A stretch of DNA of 64,000 nucleotides. Source: Gnetum montanum. Lineage: Eukaryota; Plantae; Gnetophyta. Each line of letters starts with the position of its first letter. The first letter of the stretch is position 1. The notes beneath the pieces were generated by a model. That model had not been told where the DNA came from. It saw only the letters and a program-made list of their open reading frames with translations, and did no database searches. The position numbers were made by a program, and so were the translations under genes. Below, in pieces: positions 24,301 through 36,301 of the stretch. The DNA lies in assembly GCA_015680685.1 (NCBI GenBank), contig MNCI01002198.1, positions 390,652-454,651 on the forward strand, read 5' to 3'.

Positions 24301-27200
24301 ACAAAGACATGATGAATAATAGATTGACTAAGGTGCATTTGTTGGAGACACCTCTTGATAAAGCATCATTTAAGTCCAGCATAAGACTTTGTAAAATCAA
24401 GCTTAAGATGGAAACAATGCTAATAAAACTACTTTACCTAAGTCAATGCCTTTGTTCCTATCAATATATTATTATGGATAAATTTGCCAAGAATAAAGCC
24501 ATTTTTTAATCTATAATTTTAAAAATATGCTTTTTGAGCTTTAAAGCCACATCTTTAGTAATAATCTTATAATTTTTTCCTATAAATGTAATGAGCTTCT
24601 AGGTTTTGATTTGTATAAGATCCCCTTCCTCTAGTAGGATTTTGATAATACCTATATTTAAAATTTTTCGAGGTGACTATTGTTTGATTGCCTCCTTATA
24701 CATATAGTAAAAATTCTATTTTATATAAGACCAAAAAGTTTTATAAAATTCAGCAAAAAGGCCAACAAGACCAAGTACTTTTTTATTTGACCTTAACATG
24801 AGAGCTTGGGTGAGATCATCTATGACTAAAAAAGTATTTGACAACACATCAACATTATTGATAGGAACACATTATAAGAGAGAAATTTATGTTCATCAAT
24901 ACCTTTATAAGAAAAGAGAGATTTGTAGTATGAATAAAATTCATAGTGAATGCCATCTTCAAAATCTATTATTTTATCAACTATCATAGCATCTACATGT
25001 TTGTAAATAGGCTTACCTTCTAAAAACTTGAAAAAACCTTTAACTAGTTTACCACAATCCTTATGTAATTGAGTTGATTTTGCATCTTAGCACCTTGTAT
25101 TTCATGATGATTAACAACCATCCTTGTCAATATCTTCTTCTTTAGTAGTTCTTGAAGGTAAATATAATTAGAAGCAAACATGATGTTAACAATCAAATGA
25201 TTTTAGATATTTAGAATCAAATCTTTGATTTATTCATCTAAAAATGGTTACTAAGGTGACAACAAAGCTTAGATATTCTTTCCATAGTTTGATTTTACTA
25301 ATGAATCCAACCATTCTCATTACTTGGTCATGGGCAAAGATTTCATACATAGAGAATAAGCTTGCACACCTCGTTGCCAAGGAAGAAAGCATTAAAAATA
25401 AATAGATTAGAATGAATTCTACCAATATCTATTTTGTTGTTATTTAAGTAGCAAATAATATGAGCATAATTGACTAAAACGGATTGAGGTAGTGCTTGAA
25501 GTAAAGGATCAAACTAATAAGAAGGTTTCCAAATTACATCAAAAGAGATAAGAATTCCATCCAATCTAAAAAATATTCTAGCATGATCAAAACATCAATT
25601 ATTCCAAGTAAACCACTTATTTGTTAGGATGTTATTTCTATTTTCTATGGTATCTTACAAATGAAAATTTTGATAAATATGAGGTCATAATATCTTATCA
25701 TCTTAGATATTAGGAACAAATTGACCATCTAAAGAGATAAAGATTGAAATCACTAACTATGGTTAATGGAATTTTGGGATTATTGTAGAGGATGCAATTC
25801 TAACTAGTAGATCTAAGCTTGCGATCATTAGGAACATGAATACAAATAAGACCCACATGTTTACTCAAGATTAACCCAAATAATACTACTTGAATTGTTT
25901 GTAATAGAGTTAATAATATAAGACTATCATTGAGAGGTAACATAATCATAGAACTTCCATGATCCTATGCATGTTTGAATAGGAGAAAAGCTAAATTCAA
26001 AAGCCATACAAGAGCAAGTAATTAAAAGATAAAAACCTTGGATCTTTACTTCTGAAAGAAAAATAATATTTGGCTATAAAGCTCTTATAGCATGATGGAT
26101 ATGATATTTACAAAAGGTATCCATCAATCCCTTAACATTCCAAGAAAGAAGTTTAATCATAGAGATCAAAGAAAAGACCATGCTCTATGTCCATTTGAAG
26201 AATACCATAATAATTTCATACCACAATAACAATTAGATGATGGGGTTTGTAGGTAAAACTTGTTCTTGTTTCAACTACAACTGTTTGGTTACTATTCCTT
26301 GCAAGTCTTGCTTTCATTTTTATATTTTGAAACTAATAGACAAGGTAGAGTTTATAATAGAATTGGTGAACGCATTATTGACCACTGTTAAAACCTTTTT
26401 GCTTTTCAGTAACTTGACCATTATGCATCTCATTCTTACTTCAACTATCACTATTCATTCCCATACCCGGATTCTTGTTTAGAGAATTATACTTTAGGAA
26501 GTCTCCTATCTTGTCCTATTCTTGTATATTTTGCACATTAATTTCAACTTTAGTTGTTTGTTTGACTCTTCTAGTACTAATACAATCAAATTCTTGTTTT
26601 GCTAATAGCTTAGGATAATAAAAAACCCTTTGATTTAGTTGATGATAATAGTGACAAGAATTAGACAAATTAAATGAGAAATCTTTTGAGTAATGGAGGG
26701 CTTTCTATCAATATTAATTTTAGTAGTTTAAGCTAGATTTTGTTGCTAATCTAATTTAATAGAGACTCTTTGAGATAGGAAAGTACAAATGCTTTCAGAG
26801 TAGATAATCTTATCCAAATCACCAATAATTTTTAAATCAAAATTAATAAACTTGGAGGTAATCTTAGAAACTCCGCCCATATAGGCAAAGTATTTTGCAA
26901 ACTTTTCCTAGATTAACATCTTTAATTCAAGGAGAGACAACAAGGAATGTACTAGAAATATTTCATAATCCTTCTTGTAGGACAAGCTACTACTATTTTG
27001 GACTATCAAAAGTGAAGAGTAAAAAGTCCCTTGATAAGTTCATAACATGATTATAGCATGGTTTTTGAGAACACCATTGAAAGGTAATTCAATTATTCAA
27101 ATGGATAGAGGTGGAATTTTCCTATGAAATATCCAAGCCAAGAAGTCTTTACAAAATATGTAATTGAAACATCATAATCAAAGCAAGCTATAGAGAACCC
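21380..27200 (-). mobile_element. Decayed L1-clade LINE (ORF2 about 26160 to 21950; ORF1 remnants to the right)
   Basis: On the minus strand: LSWNVKG (~26140), RQGCPL (~24215), a degenerate FADD region (~24090) and a C-terminal ITLYYIWK motif (ORF 22023-22316). Heavily disrupted. Confidence 0.7.
21692..22602. repeat. Apparently identical 220-bp direct duplication (21692-21911 = 22383-22602) abutting the N at 21912
   Basis: Direct comparison; probable contig-join artefact. Confidence 0.85.
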
Positions 27201-30061
27201 ACCTTTCTTCTTTTTATAGTTAAAATATCTTTTAGGCTTGTAATGTCATGTTGAGATATATCATTACTAGTAATAGACATATGATCTTGCTCATTGTAAA
27301 CCTGATTATTATTATCTTTAATAGATTCCATGATTTTACATTTCTTGAAACCATCCAAAATGGAGGGCATGTAATCATTTTCAATATCTTCATGAGGGTA
27401 CTCTTTAAAAGATTGCGGAATAGGTGTTAGTTACATGTTGTGGTTCTTTAAGTGTTGTGACATCTCAATCTTGAATGTTATGGTAAACGTCAAATATACA
27501 TTATATTCAACATTATGCCTATTCAACAAGACTCAAATTGGGTTTGAATTGATAAACAAATTTTTAGAAAAGTACTTGTAAGTAGATAATATTAGCATTC
27601 AACTTTGCAATTCTAGAAAAAATTGTGGATATCCGTATTTGCACCAATGTACAATCCATGGTGGACATGCTAAGTATTGCTCTTTCCTAACTAGAGTCCT
27701 AGCGAGCACATTATAGGTTAAAATCTTCAAACTTGTTTTTGAATATTTTTTCAATTTTTTTTGCATTACAAACACCATATATTTTATCAGAGCAAGGTAA
27801 TGACTTTTTACGATGATCAAATATTTGTAGAATAGTCTTAATGCTTGTTGGGTTTAGTGTGATATTTTATCCTTATGTTGGTTTAATAATTGATCTTTAA
27901 CTGCTTGATTCCTTGGATAACTATCCGACTTCTTTTCTTGAACCACCAATGACATTTCTACCACTTTCAAAACACTAACTCTGGTAGTGTAGGAAATTAC
28001 AAACTAGGGATCATAAAATGTAAGTGTTGAGATTAATGGGACTGAAAGAATATACATTTAACTTCAGAGTTCTAGGTTCTTAAGGCTAGTCACCTATTCA
28101 AGAATTTCATCCTTATAAAAATTAATGAGGTTATCTACTTTTTAGATTCCTATATGATCATTTGATTATGTCATTGCCTTAAAAAGGATGAAACAAGCTA
28201 AAGATAACTATTTGTTTGTGGGAAATAGGTTTCTAGGTCAAAACTTATGGGCATATAACAGTAAGGAGAGTTGATCCATAGTTTATGGAAGAGTTAGATT
28301 ATTTAATTTTAGCTATTCATATAATAATTCTAACTTCACCATTGCATTTTGAGGGCCTAAATTAACTAAAATGAACTATTTTCTTATCAAAAAAATACTT
28401 ATGGTTCAAATGTTATGGTTTTTAAGACTATAAGAAGTTGGAACATGGTATAAGCAATTAATTCCTAAGAGGTCACCTATCCTAGGTTTTAATCAGGAGA
28501 GAGAGAAAAATATTTTAAGTTGTAGTTTGAAGGGTTCAAACGTTAATTTAATAGCCATTAATCTCCTATTAATTTATTAATTAATGATGATAATTTTGAA
28601 TTCAAATTGTTAATTGGGCTAAAACTGTCATTTATTTTTCTAGTTCTTGTATGGTTAATTTGAGCTCACCATTCAATATAGAATGTCAAAAGAACATTAG
28701 AAAAGCTTATTTATTTATTCCAAATGAATAATGGTTGTCCAAGTTACTACTTCTTAAAATTATAATAAAAGATAAGATAATTATTTTTAAAATTTTTTAA
28801 AATTAAAGTTATTAAATTTTAAAATTTAATTTGTATTTTAAGCTTAAGACCTCTTTTTTAGTAAAAACCTAAATCTTAGACATTTTCTATTTAGCAACTT
28901 AGTCAACTTACCAAATAGAATTGTTTAAAAGAGCTTTTGTATTTTAATTTAGAAATTTTTGAAATCCAAATTTGAAATTTTTTTGTTAGTTAACAGTTTT
29001 TTTCCGCAATTTTCACCCTTGTAGTAGATTTGGTGATGGCATTAGTAGATAGGGTAGATTGAGGATGCATATAGGTAATAGGTGGATGTTTGTGTTGTTG
29101 GTCGGCAACAACATAGTGCATGGTTAGGGGAAGTGAAAGAACATTATTGTGTGGTAGGGATAGTAGTAGGAAGAAAGTCAAACATTTATGTAGTAAGCAA
29201 AAAAGCACATGTAGGTGCATAGACATCATTGTTGAGGAAGGAGGGAAAGAAAAAATGTATATGGATTTGGGCTAGTGAAAGTTGAACAATTAAATTTTTT
29301 TCTACAGAATTAATTTTTTTTGTTTTGAAGCCTTAACCATGGTAAACTTTCAACTTTTGTTACTATTGGTTCTTTATTTTTGATTGATATATCATTTTAT
29401 CTTTAGAGAGTGATTTCTCCTTCCTTTTACAAAAAGCCCCTTGGTAAGAAGTGAAACTCTATAAGTGTGCTTTTGAATAAGGGCAAGGCTTGATCCCTTT
29501 CCTACCTCAAAGGAGAGGTTTTTAAGGATTAGTTGCAAGAATGAAAACTTGAAAAGGAATTTCCAAAATTGTTGGTCTTTTTCTTTAGACTTTCTCTTTG
29601 ATGATCATATATACTTTGAATTTTTTTAATATTGTTATTCATTTTTTGGGGTTTGACACCTCCCATTGTTAGTAAGATTGGCACTACCTTGGTAGCAAGG
29701 CCTGTGTGACCCTTTTTGCAAAGCCTATCTTGCTTTTATGTTTATACCTTTTTTTGAGAGTTTTCTTCTTCCTTTTATAAGAAATCATTTAGAAAGAAGT
29801 GAAAACTGACAAGGGTGCTTCTAAATAAGGTAAGGGTTGATCCTTTGCCAATTTGGGAAAAAATTATTAATCTAGATTTTAAATTAAATTTTTTAAAAAA
29901 ACTTTTAACTTTTTAGAATCATGAGATTTAAACACAAGACTTCAAAGTTGATGAAGATAATTGTTACATTGTTTAACTAATCACATGAGCAACTTCTCAT
30001 GATACTCAAGAAGAGCCAATATGTTACATATGCTTTTTGTTTTTATTAATTTTCAGTGAAA

Positions 30062-30213
30062 AGAAACAATAAGGTGTTAGCCTAGTGTTATGGATCTTAG
30101 CTTAGTAACAATAATTCATAGGTTTGATTCTACTATATAGTATTGAGTTATAAACTTCTATGAATTTTGGGGTGTACCTATGTTTCACTTATTTCATGTT
30201 TTAACATCCCCCA
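30062..30213 (+). mobile_element. SINE-like repeat, copy 3, with degenerate Pol III A and B boxes
   Basis: tagcctagtgt (A-box-like) and ggtttgattct (B-box-like), followed by the family core ggggtgtacctatgtttcacttatttca. Confidence 0.5.
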
Positions 30214-32475
30214 AATTTTTATTTAAAAAATAATTTTAAATTTCAAAGAAAAAACATAGAAGCCATGTAGGAGGTATTGGAGCCTAAAGAAGAATAACAA
30301 TAATTAAAAATTTAAGAAAAAACCCAACATTTTTAGTGATGCTTTTTCAAGCTTTCATTTGAATGAACATATCTCCAAATCATAAGTTGGATTGAAACAA
30401 AATTAGTACTATTGGAAAGTTCTTTTTGAGCTTTTTGCATTAAGAGAACTTCCAAGCTTGAACTTAAACTTTTTTTTTTTGTAATTTTTTGCAACCAAAA
30501 TAAATTATTTTCAAAATTAACTTTTCTAGTCCTAACCTATGGCTAAAATTTTGATTTAGATGACATATCCTTGATTATAAGAAAGTCGATTATTATAATA
30601 TTACTTTGGGTATACTAATAACTTTTTAATTACAAAAATAATACATCTCTTAAGGTTGTCATGAAATAATTAGATAGTAAGGTTTATCAAGCTTAGTTAG
30701 TTTGTCTAATTTGAGAAAAGAGGTTCAAAAGAATAATATATTTTATTACAAACCTCTTCTTACTCATTAGGTAGAGGAGATCTTTACTTAGCTTGATATT
30801 CTTATATTAATCTACTAGGGTTTTTTTTTAAAGCATTTTTATAAATCGCTTAGAAAGTTCAACCTAGATAGGTTAAGAATGTCATGTTTGTTCCTACTTT
30901 TAAGGATTTGAATATTTTGATAAGATAAAACTTAAGGATCTAAAAAAGGATCAAAAAGACTTTGGAAAAGGATTACTCCTATGACTTGAAGGAAGAGGAT
31001 TTTTAAACTTATACAATGAATGGAAAGTTTACCATTATTAGGAAATGGGTAAGGAGGTTGACTATAAGAAAAATTACTTCATAATCCCCACTTTTTCAAT
31101 TGTTTTGTCTTATAAAAAATCCCTTATATATAATGTGCTTTGCTTATCCTTCTTTCATCTAATTTTTAATGGAATGAACATCAATTGCTATTTTAACACC
31201 CCACTAAGTAAGCTTAGGTTAGAAAGGTATTACTTATGAAAATAAAATGCAACTTAACAAAAATTGAAGAATGCTAAAACAATGTGATAGAAAAAGTAAT
31301 AGGCATTCATAAAAGAGGTTACAAAAATATTATAAACTAGTAGATAGAAAATAAATGTGCAATGCTAATAGCCACTTTGTATACAAAACCTATTATGTTC
31401 ACTAACAAAACATTTTAATGTCCTAATGCCTAAGCTAAGTATAATATATTAAATGTAATAGCAGTAAACTAAATTGTATGCTAATTATATCAAAATGGAA
31501 TTAAGGCATAGTGATATATCAAAATAACAATAGTAAGTGAAAATTAGAAATAAATACCAACATTGCCAAAAATAAATACCATAAACAAAGGTAGAACTAC
31601 ACCAAAAACAATCAAGTACAAAGTTCATACTACTAACCAAAAGATATTACACACTAACTTAGTTATATATTTATAATATATATGTATAATTTGGATCATA
31701 GAACTTAGAAGGGGGTAGGGGGGGGGGGGGGGTGAATAAGTTCCTCAAATTGAACCTTTATAAAACAAAGCACACACACAAATTTATGTGGTTCTAGGAG
31801 GGCACATCACAAACATACCTCTGAACTTTGTTGCTCTCAAAATGTGGTTGAAGGGTCCACATCCTATATAGTTGTCAAGTCCTGCTTTGGAGTGTTGTAC
31901 CATAGCACCAATCACTCAACCCCATAAGGTCTTGTCAGGGTTGGAAATGTGGTTTCAAACCTTCCACAACCTTTACAATCTTGAGCTCTGCACTAAAGTG
32001 TTGTACCACAACATCAACAACTCAATCTCAAGGAAATCAACTTTGTAGGGCAAGAAGAATAAGAATTACAAGGAATGATTGCAACTCAATTTGCTGATCC
32101 TTGTATAGTTAGGTACAACACACTTTACAAAGTCAAAATGATAAGAAAATGAAGAGCAATAGAGAATTGAGTGATTACAAATGATTGTACAATGAATACA
32201 ACAAAGCTTGCACTTTTCCCAAGGCACATCAAGTCTTCTTAAAGTTGACATGTTGCTAAGTCCTTCTCAAAAATCATGCAATGGCTAGCTAATGATCACT
32301 AACCATCATGGGAGATGTATTTCTTATGCCTGAGACATCTCTCTAAATTTTCCTTCAAATCTAGGAAGATGTCTTTGCTTAGTGGAAGATGTGTTTCTGA
32401 AGTCTCCATTATGGAAGACGTTTTTGCTCAATGAAGATGCCTTTCTGTATTTGGTTTGCATTTTGTAAAGATGTT

Positions 32476-34578
32476 TGTAGTGATCGAAAACATTGATGGC
32501 TAGAACACCTAGAGGTTTCCAAGCGTATAGCCTAACCCCGGATCCGTGCGCGGGTCGTGCTAGAGAGAAACAGAAACGGGGTGCCCTGAATGGTCTGGTC
32601 GATCAGACATGGAATTAATCGATGTAACTTAACCTTTCGTAAACGTTTGTTTTGGAAGTGATGTAGGCAAGTGAAGTGATGATTAACAAATGTAAAATGA
32701 TAAAAAAATAGTGCAAAATACGATGATAGTAAACAAAGAATAAAACAGATTTGGGCGAGAAAGTGCACTACCCTAAGGTCGCAGATCTGATCTTTATTTT
32801 GAAAAGGTGTAAAACAGAATATGCAACACTGGAGAGGCATAGCTTACAACATAGTAGTATGGTCATAGGTCCTTGAATTATAGCCAATATCTAGCTACTC
32901 GGGATTCTTTTGCTAGCCAATTCACTCGTCGAGATGCCAAAATGCTAAACCTGCAAAAGGATGTCTAAAGTCAACCAGAATGCTCAAAGCCAACCGGAAT
33001 GCCAAGAATTCCCACTATGCTCTCCAAAAGCCAACCATTTGAACATTTTTCACCAGGGCATTTATAGAGCTAGATGCTGGAGAGAAACATGGTTTAGACG
33101 CCATGTGTGCTAGGTCCCGTAGAGTGCAAAGGTGGCTGTGTTATTCTGCTATGTATTGCTGCTACACTATGACCATACCGCTGAAATTGCATGTGCCAAA
33201 ATCTAGAAAGCATACCAACAATGAAAGCAAAATGAAGCCTATGCTCCAGGACTACGTCTTCCCTACTCTTGCGAGCAGGGTCAAGCATAGGGAAAATTTT
33301 GGGGATTGACAAGGGGTGTGCAAGATGAAGCAAACTTGCTGATTTTGCTCGTCGAAGAGGTGCCAGGATGAGAATGATCATTGCCAACAATTTCTGGAGT
33401 TAACTAAAGACGTCTTAATGCCTCCATGCAAGTGTTGCATTACTTATTTTGTCCAGCGTGTTGGCGTAGCATGAGTAACAGCATGCTACGCTGTGCTATG
33501 CTACGTAGCATAGCATAGCGTAACTGCCAGTTTTGAAAGAAGTCTTACCTAAAATCCAAGAGCATCTGTTGGAGGCTTGGTTAGGCAAGGAAGTGCAACT
33601 TCGTCTTTCATGCTGGAAAGCCATCAGACTTGCTGAGTTCATCCTTGGGGCATTTTGTTGTTCTACATCCTCGCTACACTGTGCTACGCTATGTAGTGTA
33701 GCACAACATAGCGGCTAATGTGACATGCATCCTTGTTTAATCTACAAATATTTTATCAGGAAACTTTGCTTAAGGCTTGAGGGCTAAGTGGGACAGGCAG
33801 TTTGGAGGTTGAAGTGTTGGCAAGTGCAATCCTCTTGCTGGAGTCACTTGGCAGAGGGGCCTTTGTGCATTCTATCCTTGCTACGTTGCATAACGTAGCA
33901 CAGTGTAGCATCCCATATTGGTTGAATCCTAACTTATTTTGCAACATTTTTTCATAGGATGTTTGTCATGTCCTGGTGTGTTAGCGGAATAAACTTGTTT
34001 AACGGTTGAAGCATGGGAAAATGTTTTTACTCTGTTGGAGTCATCTAAGTAGAAGTGTTATCAAAGTACATCCCTGCTACGCTGTGGTATGTTGTGTAGC
34101 GTAGCACAATGTAGCACTCAAATTGAGATGATTCTTGACAAAATTTTCCACATTCTGTTGTGCCATATCGCTCACATTTTAGAGGTGAAATAGGGAAAAT
34201 GCTCTGGAAGACTAGCTTGTTATCAATTTGCATCTTGGACATCTAATTAGTCTCCTCAAGGCTTGCTATGTTGCACAACATAGCAGGTTTCTCTGTTAGA
34301 AAATTTTTCAAATTGTTTAACTCATCCTGAACACTTTCGACAACTCCTAGCATGGTCTTTGGGTAGACTATTAGCCAGGTCAATTGTCAATTTTGGCAGG
34401 CTAGAGAGTTTAGCAAGCCTATCAATCCAGGCAATAGAAAACTTGTCAGATTGTATAGTCTATCCTCAATGCCTACATTGTCCTGACGGCCCATCGTGAC
34501 ACTACACTTGTGGAAGTCCTTGCCTAAATTCCAATACTCTGCCAAAGCTTCAGGGTTCTAAAATTTTATGGTGTTTCA
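32476..34578 (-). repeat. Tat 3' LTR (2103 bp)
   Basis: tgtagtgatcgaaaac...ggtgtttca; colinear with 49715-51819; TATA on the minus strand at ~33060. Confidence 0.93.
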
Positions 34579-34595
34579 ATGGCCCCTCTTTATTG
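34579..34595 (-). other. Tat polypurine tract
   Basis: Minus strand reads AATAAAGAGGGGCCAT directly before the 3' LTR. Confidence 0.8.
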
Positions 34596-35975
34596 ACATC
34601 TAGAGGACCTGCCCAAGAGGCATTGACAAAGAATAAAAAACACCATGAAGAACAAGATTCCAACATCGCTCTCCAGTGGTCGCTCAGATGTCGCTTTGCT
34701 ACACTTGGGCATACTGTGATAGTCATGTAGGGAAAGGGGCAAAGGATGGATTTGGAGGAATAGGTTTGGGGAAGGAAAAGATGTAATAGAGCGTGATCCC
34801 TCATTGGAGTGCTTGTGAGGGAGTCGGCATGCATGAGCATCTTTCTTTCACTGGCTTTCGACCTCTCGTCAGAGTGCTTAGAGATGGTCGTTTTGAAACA
34901 GCCGCGATGCTATTTGTTTTGGGCACTTGTTTTTTTTTTTTTTTGTGATTTTCTGCTCTTTTATGCTTTTGTGCTTTTCTTCTATTGTTTAGCCATGTTC
35001 ACTTGTAAACAACCTTGTTGTTGTAGGATAGGTGTTTCCTCCCCAAGATGAGTTGTGTTACATCCATATGAGGCTTTGACCTGCCTGCAAATGCTTCCCA
35101 TGTAATGAGTTGTGTTACGCTCATCATGGACTTGGCAGTTGGGCATGTGGGGGGGGGGGGGGGGGCCCTTTATATGCATTGGGAAAGCTTGTAAAAGAGA
35201 TGTGAAAAACTGTGAGTATAAGAAACAAGGCCAAGAGGGTTAAAAGGGAGGGTAGGATGTGCACTCCCAAGTAGCCAAGCTAGTCTAAGCAGTCACTTCG
35301 AAACTATGTAATGTCTTTCTCTCTTGTCGAAATGCATCTTTGAATGGCGCCATCTTGGCTTGTATCCTGCAAACACAATAGAGAGTAGACCAGAAGAAAC
35401 AACCATCAAATGAAGTGAGAGAAAAGTCCCACTTGCTTTGGATGTTGTCGAAGTTGCGTGATTTCCATAGTAGGAAGGCCAACTTGGCTTTTGACTGCTA
35501 TCGGCCAGAGAGGTTGGCACTGAAGAGGCTAGGAGTGGTGCTGATACAAGTGCTTAGGATTCCCTACCCAAGGCAAACATAATGCAGTTTAGTTGCAAGG
35601 AAAGAAGCTCAACAGTTGAATGTGTTTTACGCTGTGGCGATGGTGGGGGATGGAGGATGGCAGCATTGCGGCTGGGCCACAATACTGTTGGGACTCTAGT
35701 AGTAGGTGCTGATAGTGGGAGCTACTACTAGGACGATGAGCTGTGACAACGGTAGCTCCTTAAGGTTAGAAAGATGTTGAACGACATATTTGGAGGATCA
35801 GAAAGATGCCAGGGGTGATGGCGTTGCATATGTTCTAGAGGGTGTTTTCTTGGCATTGTGAAATACATTCTGGAACTGCAATGCCTTGCCCTGTATTATC
35901 AAGGGCATCTGGAAAGGTGCACGCTCACTTGCTTACAAAATTCACATGTGCGTTGGGAAGCTTTGCACCACGAAC

Positions 35976-36286
35976 CTAGTTTAAAGTCTTGGTAGACTGT
36001 CGAATGTGCTAGTTTAAGGTCCTAGTAGACCGATGTGCCATTTTAAGGTCCTGGAAGGCCACTGTGCTAGTTTATCATCGTAGCGGATGGTGGATGGCTA
36101 GTTTAAGGTCATAGAAAATAGTACTGTGGGTTCCAGTTTTATGTCATGGCCCAAAGATGTGTTGTGCCAGTTTAATGTCATAGCGAATGTACTGTGCTAG
36201 TTTATAGTCATACCAGACGTACTGTGCTAGTTTTACGTCATAGCAGATGTACTATGCTAGTTTATAGTCATAGTAGACTATGGTGC
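35976..36286. repeat. Tandem array of 10 ~30-bp units (C(T/C)AGTTT-NN-stem-6 nt loop-stem) just downstream of integrase
   Basis: Examples: ctagtttaaagtcttggtagact, ctagtttaaggtcctagtagacc, ctagtttatagtcatagtagact. Confidence 0.85.
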
Positions 36287-36301
36287 TTACCTTGCTTTGT
36301 A

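Noticed and set aside
32532-34242. Short ORFs inside the LTRs and other 60-100 aa ORF-track entries
   Set aside because: Not preserved between the two LTR copies and no recognisable domains; chance ORFs.
35976-36286. CRISPR-like repeat-spacer array
   Set aside because: Units are ~30 bp with related, not unique, variable parts; there are no cas genes; the context is a eukaryotic retrotransposon.
35976-36286. Hammerhead ribozyme (retrozyme-type) repeats
   Set aside because: No CUGANGA...GAAA core with three stems was found in the units on either strand.
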